A stretch of DNA of 64,000 nucleotides, from the NCBI GenBank assembly GCA_963931035.1, contig OZ006979.1, forward strand, positions 1,960,238 through 2,024,237. Direction: 5' to 3'. The notes under the pieces were generated by a model, which saw only the letters and a program-made list of their open reading frames with translations, was not told the origin of the DNA and made no database searches. Origin of the DNA: an uncultured Atopobiaceae bacterium (lineage in GTDB: Bacteria; Actinomycetota; Coriobacteriia; Coriobacteriales; Atopobiaceae). The translations under genes were made by a program, and so were the position numbers. Positions 57,569 through 64,000 of the stretch are shown in pieces (position 1 is the stretch's first letter; every line of letters begins with the position of its first letter).

Positions 57569-58942
57569 ATGAGGAGGATCCTGGCAAACGGCACGCTGGT
57601 CACGCCGGAGGGCCTGCGTCGCGCCGACCTCGCGCTGGAGGGCGAGAAGATCGCGGAGATTGCCGCGCACATCGAGCCCGGGCTCACGGACGTCGTGGAG
57701 GACGTGAGCGGCTGCTGGGTGTTTCCCGGCTTCATCGACGCGCACACCCACCTGCAGTGCTGGACCGGCATGGACTGGACGGCCGACAGCTTTGAGACCG
57801 GGACGCGCGCCGCTGCCTGCGGCGGCACCACCTGCATCGTGGACTACGCCACGGCCGACCGCGGCGTGACGATGGACGAGGCGCTGGCCGAGTGGCACAG
57901 GCGCGCCGAGAGCGGTGCGGGCTGCACGGCCAACTATGGCTTCCACATGGCGATCGCCGAGTGGGGCGAGGACTCGCCGGGGCAGATGCGCCGCATGCGC
58001 GAGGCGGGCGTGAGCAGCTTCAAGACCTACCTCGCCTATGACCACCTGCGGCTCTCCGACGCGGAGACGCTGCGCTGCCTGGAGGTCGTGCGCGACCTGG
58101 ACGCCGTGCTCTGCGTGCACTGCGAGAACGGCGACGTGGTGAACGAGCTGCAGCGTCAGGTGCTCGCCGAGGGCATCACGGGCCCGGAGGGGCACCCGCT
58201 CTCCCGACCGGCCGAGGCTGAGGCGGACGCCGTGAGCCGCCTGCTCTACCTGGCCCAGATCGCGGGCGCGCGCGTCAACGTGGTGCACCTGTCCACGGAG
58301 CTCGGCCTTCTCGCCGTGCGCGCCGCCCGCGCCCGCGGCCAGCAGGGCATCTACGTGGAGACCTGCCCGCAGTACCTCACGCTGGACGACACGCGCTACC
58401 TCGAGGCCGGTGACGACGGGTTCGCGGGCGCCAAGTACGTGATGAGCCCGCCGCTGCGTAAGCCGCGTGATGTGCGCGCCCTGCGCGAGGCGGTGCTCGC
58501 CGGCGAGGTGGACTCCATCGCGACGGACCACTGCTCGTTCAACCTGCACGGCCAGAAGGACCGCGGCCGCGGCGACTTCACCAAGATCCCCAACGGCGGG
58601 CCCGGCATCGAGCATCGCCCGGCCGTCATGGCCACGACCTTCGAGAGTCAGCTCGGGCCCGAGGGACTCTGCCGCCTGCTGGCGGAGGGCCCGGCGCGCA
58701 CGTTCGGCCTGTGGCCGGAGCGCGGGCGCCTGGCCGTGGGCGCGGCCGCCGACGTCTGCGTGTGGGATCCGTCGGCGCGCTGGACCATCAGCGCGGCGAC
58801 CCAGCACCAGGCCGTGGACTACACGCCGTGGGAGGGCTTCGAGGCACGCGGTCGCGCGCATCTCGTCTACGTGGGCGGCGAGCTCGTGGCCCGCGACGGC
58901 GAGCCCTGCGGCCCCACCCCCGGCCGCTACGTGGCACGATAG
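57569..58942 (+). CDS. hyuA: Cyclic amidohydrolase: D-hydantoinase/dihydropyrimidinase family (E. coli HyuA/YgeZ type)
   Basis: Metal-binding GFIDAHTHLQ, a carboxylated-Lys region, and size about 457 aa. The RBS AGAGGGGAGAG is present. Confidence 0.8.
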   Translation: MRRILANGTLVTPEGLRRADLALEGEKIAEIAAHIEPGLTDVVEDVSGCWVFPGFIDAHTHLQCWTGMDWTADSFETGTRAAACGGTTCIVDYATADRGVTMDEALAEWHRRAESGAGCTANYGFHMAIAEWGEDSPGQMRRMREAGVSSFKTYLAYDHLRLSDAETLRCLEVVRDLDAVLCVHCENGDVVNELQRQVLAEGITGPEGHPLSRPAEAEADAVSRLLYLAQIAGARVNVVHLSTELGLLAVRAARARGQQGIYVETCPQYLTLDDTRYLEAGDDGFAGAKYVMSPPLRKPRDVRALREAVLAGEVDSIATDHCSFNLHGQKDRGRGDFTKIPNGGPGIEHRPAVMATTFESQLGPEGLCRLLAEGPARTFGLWPERGRLAVGAAADVCVWDPSARWTISAATQHQAVDYTPWEGFEARGRAHLVYVGGELVARDGEPCGPTPGRYVAR

Positions 58943-58995
58943 TCATCAGTCAGTCGTAAAGCGGGGGACATCCCCCTCAAGCAAAGGAGAAGAAC

Positions 58996-59382
58996 ATGGC
59001 AATCGAGGCAATCGTCACCGACAAGGCGCCTGCGGCGCTCGGCCCCTACTCCGCCGCCGTTGCGGCCCCGGCCGCCAAGGCCATCCACGTGTCCGGCCAG
59101 CTGCCGATCGACCCGGCCACCGGCGAGTTCGCCGGCGAGGACATCCAGGCCCAGACCCGCCAGAGCCTGACCAACATCAAGAACATCCTCGAGGCCGCCG
59201 GCGCCTCCATGGCCGACGTCGCCGAGGTCACCGTCCTTCTCGACGACATCGCGGACTTCGCGGCGATGAACGAGGTCTACGGCGAGTTCTTCGCCGCGCC
59301 GTATCCCAGCCGCGCCGCCTTCGAGGTGGCCGCGCTGCCCAAGGCCGCCAAGGTCGAGATTAAGGCCGTGGCCTACCTGTAG
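58996..59382 (+). CDS. ridA: RidA family reactive enamine/imine deaminase
   Basis: YSAAVAAP...HVSGQLPIDPATGE...AAFEVAALPKAAKVEI are canonical RidA/YjgF features. Confidence 0.8.
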   Translation: MAIEAIVTDKAPAALGPYSAAVAAPAAKAIHVSGQLPIDPATGEFAGEDIQAQTRQSLTNIKNILEAAGASMADVAEVTVLLDDIADFAAMNEVYGEFFAAPYPSRAAFEVAALPKAAKVEIKAVAYL

Positions 59383-59406
59383 GCAGGGTCTCACGCGCGG
59401 GGACGG

Positions 59407-59471
59407 CGCGCCACGCTTCACGCGAGAGTGTTCGCGCTTTGCGCTCAGAACTCTCGCTTAGAAGCGTGGCG
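59407..59471. terminator. Imperfect inverted repeat (gcgccacgcttc..cgcgagag / ctctcgcttagaagcgtggcg) downstream of ridA
   Basis: Read directly. Confidence 0.4.
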
Positions 59472-59646
59472 GGCCGCTCGCGTTTGGTCCCCAGGTGCCG
59501 AGAAGGGCGGGTGCTGGAGACGGTTGTGTACACCCCTGTTCGCTCAACTCAGTAGGGACCCTCGCATAGGAGCAGGTAGACGCCTTGTCAATACAGGGGG
59601 TTTCCGACGGGGTGTACACAACCGGAAAGGTGGTCGTTTTGGCCTG

Positions 59647-60564
59647 CTAGACCTGGTTCCAGCCGAAGAGGCCCTTGATCGGGCCGTCCTCGACGGTGCA
59701 CTCGCCGGAGGCCTGGTAGCCATTGGCGCCTCGGAACACGATCGTGAGGAGGTCGAGCGCGCCGCCCTCCCAGTAGTACTGGCCGGTGAGCTGATAGGTG
59801 ATGCCGGGCTGGTCGGTGGGAACGCCGAGCGCCTGCGCGCACATGAGGACAAAGGCCTGCTCGTCGGCACCCTCGAGCGGCACGGAGTCGGCTGTGGCCG
59901 TGAAGGGGAAGGTTGATGCCAGGACCTCGGGGTCCTGAGTCGGCGCGTCCTGAGCCTCGACGTCCTGGGTCGGCGCGTCCGGCTCTTCCTCCTTGGTCGT
60001 CTGGTAGCGGCCGTCGGCGGCGGCGCGCAGCTCACGTGACATATCGCCGTCGGCGCCGGCCCTGAGCAGCGCGTCGTATGCCTCATAGACGGAGCTTGCC
60101 GTGACGTCGCCGGGGTCTGCTGCCGCAAGCTCAAAGCCTATGGGCGCGGCGGCCCCCGCGTCCGGGACCTCGATCTTGAGCGCGCCCTCCGGGGCCCGGT
60201 AGAGCGCGCCGTCCGTTCCGATCACCGCTCCGGCAACGCCGACCTCGTAGCTGCCCGGCTCGAGCATGAGGTTGCACGGGTCGGCTTTGACCAGGGCATA
60301 GCCGCTCACCTGCTCACCGCTTGACGTCGCGCCCTCCACGAGCAGGGGCACGGGCCCGTTCTCGCTCGGCACAAAACCTTCGGCGGCCACGCTCACGCTG
60401 ACCGCGCACCGTGGGTGGGACGCCTCGTAGCTCGCGCGGGCGGAGAGCCGCCACGCGGTGTACGAGCAGCCCAGAACGGCGAGAAGAACGGCGATGGTCG
60501 CCAGGATCACCGTTGCGACAAATCGGCGCTCACCAGCGGTCTGCGCGCTCCTGCTGCTGCCCAT
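59647..60564 (-). CDS. Hypothetical signal-anchored/secreted protein with acidic low-complexity linker
   Basis: AAGGAGG RBS. An N-terminal hydrophobic helix follows a basic stretch. Confidence 0.45.
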   Translation of the reverse strand: MGSSRSAQTAGERRFVATVILATIAVLLAVLGCSYTAWRLSARASYEASHPRCAVSVSVAAEGFVPSENGPVPLLVEGATSSGEQVSGYALVKADPCNLMLEPGSYEVGVAGAVIGTDGALYRAPEGALKIEVPDAGAAAPIGFELAAADPGDVTASSVYEAYDALLRAGADGDMSRELRAAADGRYQTTKEEEPDAPTQDVEAQDAPTQDPEVLASTFPFTATADSVPLEGADEQAFVLMCAQALGVPTDQPGITYQLTGQYYWEGGALDLLTIVFRGANGYQASGECTVEDGPIKGLFGWNQV

Positions 60565-60687
60565 GACCCCTCCTTTCGTTTCACAGCCGAGTATCCCATA
60601 GATTAATCCACGGCTTTTGCGCAATGATTCTTGCGACGTTCATGGATACTGGCATATGGGCAACTGTTGGGAGTGAGGAGGCCTGCG

Positions 60688-61377
60688 ATGTTCTGCACGA
60701 GCTGCGGCGCGGAGATTCCCGATGGCGCGAGGTTCTGCACGAGCTGCGGCGCGGTGGCCGCCGCAGGCGACCCCGTCGCGTCGCGGGCGGGGGCGACCCT
60801 GCCTTCCGAGGCGCCTCATGTCCGTGGGCGCCGCCGCCAGGCCCCTGGGTGGGCGGTCGCCGTTGCCGCGACGCTCGCGCTTCTCGCCTGCGGGGGCACC
60901 GTGGCGGCGTTTGTGCTCCTGGGCGGGTTCTCCCCGATAGGCGAGGAGCCGGAGAACCAGGTGCAGGTTGTTGCCGAGCAGCCGGGTGCCCCAGATCCCG
61001 CGCCGGTCGAGGAGTCCGACCCGGGGGGCGGGACCGAGGTGGAGTCTGGTTCCTCGCCCGTGGCCGAGCTAGCGCCGGAGCGCGACGCCGCGCCCGACGC
61101 CGGGTCCCCCACGGGGTCAGAGCCCTTCTGGGGCGTGTGGATCGGGGCCTACAGCCAGAGCCAGAACGCCCAGGAGTGCGCGGCCCTGGCGCACGAGCTC
61201 GGCTTTGGCGACGCGCGAATCGAGTTCTCCAGCGACTGGGCGGAGCTCAACCAGGCGGGCTACTACGTTGTCAGCGCGGGCACGTACGCCTCCCAGGCCG
61301 ATGCCGAGAGCGTCCTGTCCTCCGTGCGGCAGCACTTCTCGGACGCCTACGTGAAGTACTCGGGCACGCACAAGTAG
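60688..61377 (+). CDS. Zinc-ribbon plus TM plus C-terminal SPOR (peptidoglycan-binding) domain protein
   Basis: Double zinc ribbon FCTSCGAEIPDGARFCTSCG. GAGGAGG RBS. The C-terminal roughly 75 aa (FWGVWIGAYSQSQNAQE...YYVVSAGTYASQADAESV) fit the SPOR fold pattern. Confidence 0.55.
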   Translation: MFCTSCGAEIPDGARFCTSCGAVAAAGDPVASRAGATLPSEAPHVRGRRRQAPGWAVAVAATLALLACGGTVAAFVLLGGFSPIGEEPENQVQVVAEQPGAPDPAPVEESDPGGGTEVESGSSPVAELAPERDAAPDAGSPTGSEPFWGVWIGAYSQSQNAQECAALAHELGFGDARIEFSSDWAELNQAGYYVVSAGTYASQADAESVLSSVRQHFSDAYVKYSGTHK

Positions 61378-61402
61378 CGGCGACGCCCCGCGCCGCGCAC
61401 GG

Positions 61403-62002
61403 CTAGTACCCGCTGCCCGGGCGGTCCATCAGCTCGAAGAGCCGGTCGACGTCCGCCTGCGTGGCGCCCACGTGGACGGCCTTGTCAAAGAGCTCGGCCG
61501 AGCTGGGCTGCGCGATGAGGCCGCGCTGCTCGTAGAAGCGGCTCTGCAGGCAGCTCCACAGCAGGTAGAGCCCTGGGATGGTGCCAACGGCGAGCCCCGC
61601 GCGCACGTCCTCGGCGATCTCCTCGGCGGTGAACGTGCCGATGTCCGACATGGGCTCCCCGCCCAGCAGCGCGATGGCGTGGTAGAGGTAGGCCTCGGGG
61701 TTGTCCAGGTCCAGCTCGATGGCGTCCTGGAAGCACTTCTCGGCCTTCGCGTACTTTCCGAGCCTGAGATAGCAGCAGCCCAGCGAGAAGAGCGCGCGGG
61801 CGTCGTCGGGATGCTTGAGGGTCTGGGCGTCAAAGTCCCCGGCGGCCTGCTTGAGCTCGCTCATGCTGAGGTCGTACATGCTCGTGAACGTGGTGACGTA
61901 GACCGTGCGCCCGCAGTAGGCGCACACGGTGCCGCCCTCCGGCAGGGGGGCGCCGCAGCTGGGGCACTCCGGGCTCGAGATTCGTTCCTGCGCATTTGCC
62001 AT
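61403..62002 (-). CDS. Zinc-ribbon plus TPR-repeat protein
   Basis: CPSCGAPLPEGGTVCAYCG zinc ribbon, followed by TPR-like helices (ALFSLGCCYLRLGKYAKAEKCFQDAIELD). Confidence 0.5.
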   Translation of the reverse strand: MANAQERISSPECPSCGAPLPEGGTVCAYCGRTVYVTTFTSMYDLSMSELKQAAGDFDAQTLKHPDDARALFSLGCCYLRLGKYAKAEKCFQDAIELDLDNPEAYLYHAIALLGGEPMSDIGTFTAEEIAEDVRAGLAVGTIPGLYLLWSCLQSRFYEQRGLIAQPSSAELFDKAVHVGATQADVDRLFELMDRPGSGY

Positions 62003-62011
62003 GGCAGCCTC

Positions 62012-62701
62012 CTACGAGCGAAGCTTGAGCGACTCGTTGCGCACCGCGACCGCGCGGGCGAGCTCGGCGACGCACGCGTCGATCTCCTGCGGACCGGAGC
62101 CCGTCGAGCAGAGCCGCTCGATGTTGCTCACCTGGCGCTCGATGGCGCTGTCATACGAGACGAGGTCGGGCCTGGACTCGCCGGTGAGGGAGAGCGCCAC
62201 GTCGCGCGCGCGGTCGAGGGAGCGCCGGCGCCCCAGGTCGCGCTCGGCGCGAACGAGCGCGTCGATGCGGGCGACGGTCTGCGCCCTCAGGGCGTCGCTC
62301 TGGGCCTGCGCGGCGGCCTGTGCCTGGATGTTCTCCGTCACCGGGCGGACGATGGCCATCGGCAGGAGGTAGGCGGCGAGAAGAACGAGCGCGCCCGCCA
62401 GGATGACCCCGGTGCCCGCCCCCGCGAGGGCCGCCACGAGCGTGAGGGCCGCAGTGAGCAGGCAGAGCAGGCCCACGTAGGTCGACGTTCCGGCCGTGAG
62501 CAGGTAGGACCCGCGGCGGCCCTTGGCGACGAAGAGGGGGGCGGTGGCGAAGACGACCATGAGCAGGCAGCCAACGACGAGCGCGAGCGGGGCCGTCGCC
62601 GAGGCGCTCGGCAGGTCGAGCAGGACGCAGACGGCTGCGAACACGAGGACGATCGCAAGGAGAGGGACCGACCAGGCCCCTCGGGAGACGTTGACCGACA
62701 T
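62012..62701 (-). CDS. Hypothetical multi-TM membrane protein
   Basis: Four hydrophobic segments followed by a C-terminal coiled-coil-like region. Confidence 0.4.
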   Translation of the reverse strand: MSVNVSRGAWSVPLLAIVLVFAAVCVLLDLPSASATAPLALVVGCLLMVVFATAPLFVAKGRRGSYLLTAGTSTYVGLLCLLTAALTLVAALAGAGTGVILAGALVLLAAYLLPMAIVRPVTENIQAQAAAQAQSDALRAQTVARIDALVRAERDLGRRRSLDRARDVALSLTGESRPDLVSYDSAIERQVSNIERLCSTGSGPQEIDACVAELARAVAVRNESLKLRS

Positions 62702-62704
62702 GGG

Positions 62705-63913
62705 CTATCCCTCCAGTTTGGTGCCGCACTCGGGGCAGAACTTAGCGCCGTCGGCGACGCGAGACCCGCACTGCGGGCAGTGGCGCTCGCGGGGCGCGGG
62801 GGTCCCGCACTCGGGGCAGAACTTTGCCGAGGGCGGGAGCGTGCTACCGCACTTGGGGCACTGGGCGGGCGCCGGTGCAGGCGCGGGCGCCGGCGCGGGC
62901 TGTGCTGCCGGGGTCGGCGCGGGCGTCCCGCCCATGGCCCCGAGCGCGATCTGGTTGGACATCGTGCCGACGGCGCCCATCGCGCCGAGGCCCACGCCGA
63001 GCCCCGCGGCCGCTGCGGCCACGTCGCCGCCGGAGTTCTGGGCGACCTGGCCCATGATGTTGACGCTCTGCTGCGCCTGCCACGCCTGGTTGGGCTGGAC
63101 CGCGGCGAAGGCGCCCATGGCCTGGCTCTCCGCGACGGCGCGGTCCACGATGTCGACGCGCTGCTCGGCGCGCTTGTGGACCAGCTGCAGGTAGGGGTCG
63201 TCAGGCGGGACGCTCAGGCCCGAGATGCTAAAGCGCTGGAGCGCCAGGCCGTAGCGGGAGAGCTCGTCGGCGACCGGCTCCTCCACCAGGCCCGCCATCT
63301 CGGCGGCGTGCGAGCAGACGTCGATGATGGAGCGGCCCTGCGCCGCCTGGGCGCCCATCACGGAGGTGATGGCCCCCATGATCTCCTGGCCCACGACGTC
63401 CTCGAGCTGCTGGCGCACGTACCCCACGCTCATCGACCTGACGTTGTTGCCCACGAGCTTGCGATAGAGCGTCGCGGCGTCCGTGACCCGGATGACGTAG
63501 GAGCCGTAGGCCCGGATGTTGGCGGGGCTTCCCATCAGGGGGTCAAAGACCTGGACGGGGGTCTTCGTCCCCCAGCGGATGGGCTCGGAGTCCTCGAGGC
63601 GGATGAACAGTATCCGGCAGCTGAACGAGCTCACGCCGCCGGAGACCGAGTTGAACAGGCGGCTGATGAACGGGTAGTTGCTGGTCTCGAGCTCGTAGCG
63701 GCCCGCGGAGAACTCCTGGACGATGGCGCCGTCGCGGCAGAAGAGGGCGACCTCGCCCTCGCCGACGATGAGCACCGAGCCCGTGTTGAAGTCCTCCTGG
63801 GGGTTGAGGTAGAAGAGGTCGCGCGGGCCGCCCTCGCTCTTGATCACCTCGAGGAAGTGCTTCTTTCCTCCGGGAAACAGTGCCTCGCTGGGATTCTTGG
63901 GAAAAAGGGCCAT
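62705..63913 (-). CDS. SPFH-domain protein with Pro/Ala repeat linker and three C-terminal zinc ribbons
   Basis: N-terminal SPFH-like region (COG4260-type). GGAGG RBS. (PA)n linker. CPKCG...CPECG...CPQCG...CPECG. Confidence 0.55.
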   Translation of the reverse strand: MALFPKNPSEALFPGGKKHFLEVIKSEGGPRDLFYLNPQEDFNTGSVLIVGEGEVALFCRDGAIVQEFSAGRYELETSNYPFISRLFNSVSGGVSSFSCRILFIRLEDSEPIRWGTKTPVQVFDPLMGSPANIRAYGSYVIRVTDAATLYRKLVGNNVRSMSVGYVRQQLEDVVGQEIMGAITSVMGAQAAQGRSIIDVCSHAAEMAGLVEEPVADELSRYGLALQRFSISGLSVPPDDPYLQLVHKRAEQRVDIVDRAVAESQAMGAFAAVQPNQAWQAQQSVNIMGQVAQNSGGDVAAAAAGLGVGLGAMGAVGTMSNQIALGAMGGTPAPTPAAQPAPAPAPAPAPAQCPKCGSTLPPSAKFCPECGTPAPRERHCPQCGSRVADGAKFCPECGTKLEG

Positions 63914-64000
63914 GAGCGACCTCCTGACTGTGCGCTTCTGACTTGAGTACCAGTGTAGTCGGATGCGCTCACTTTTTTTGCGCAAAACGATCCGCCCCTC

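Noticed and set aside
61472-63946. 824-aa plus-strand ORF across three minus-strand genes
   Set aside because: Gly/Arg/Ala-rich nonsense translation. The minus-strand genes have RBSs and recognisable zinc-ribbon, TPR and SPFH features.

Overview
High-GC (about 65-70%) actinobacterial-type chromosome segment, Coriobacteriia-like by gene content and codon style. No database search was possible. The window has three parts. (1) 0-21 kb is core genome. It carries a UspA-like gene (partial, at the window edge), an MBL-fold hydrolase, a Nudix hydrolase, a PNPOx-like protein, gatCAB, a YitT membrane protein, a YheO-like regulator divergent from an NCS2 nucleobase permease, and the first half of an E. 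coli ygeW-ygfK-type anaerobic purine/urate catabolic cluster (ssnA, ygfK, small 4Fe-4S ferredoxin, XdhD-like Fe-S/molybdopterin hydroxylase). It ends with a PIN-toxin TA pair and an AGCS Na+/alanine-type symporter. (2) About 21.0-49.6 kb is a lower-GC (roughly 45-60%), mosaic accessory island with no integrase or tRNA visible, packed with defense and toxin modules. These are a 4-gene hypothetical cluster containing a GIY-YIG nuclease-domain protein; a retron-type reverse transcriptase fused to a C-terminal trypsin-like serine protease; a LlaJI-like restriction system (two tandem m5C methyltransferases plus McrB-like GTPase plus McrC-like nuclease); an AAA-ATPase plus S8 subtilase operon (IetAS-like as far as I recall); phage-gene remnants; an OLD-family ATPase-Toprim nuclease preceded by a 715-aa unknown partner; an N-terminally truncated GmrSD-like (DUF1524) remnant; a minimal nucleotidyltransferase, a YhcG-like PD-(D/E)xK nuclease and an ADP-ribosylglycohydrolase; and an MqsR-like toxin with a zinc-ribbon/HTH antitoxin fused to a Panacea (DUF4065) domain, followed by a 2-TM protein. 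(3) 49.6-64 kb is core again. It has a Cof-type HAD hydrolase, BioY, and the second half of the purine/urate cluster (dpaL/ygeX, ygeY, ygeW, carbamate kinase, a ModE-like HTH-MocA fusion, hyuA-type hydantoinase, RidA), then a group of zinc-ribbon membrane proteins (SPOR, TPR, SPFH). The most notable non-coding signal is a conserved about 31-bp hairpin/palindrome with core AAAGGGGACAG. It sits immediately upstream of ygfK, of ferredoxin-xdh (two reverse-complement copies there) and of hyuA, and looks like a shared cis-regulatory element of the catabolic regulon. No rRNA, tRNA, CRISPR array, transposase or integrase was recognised.
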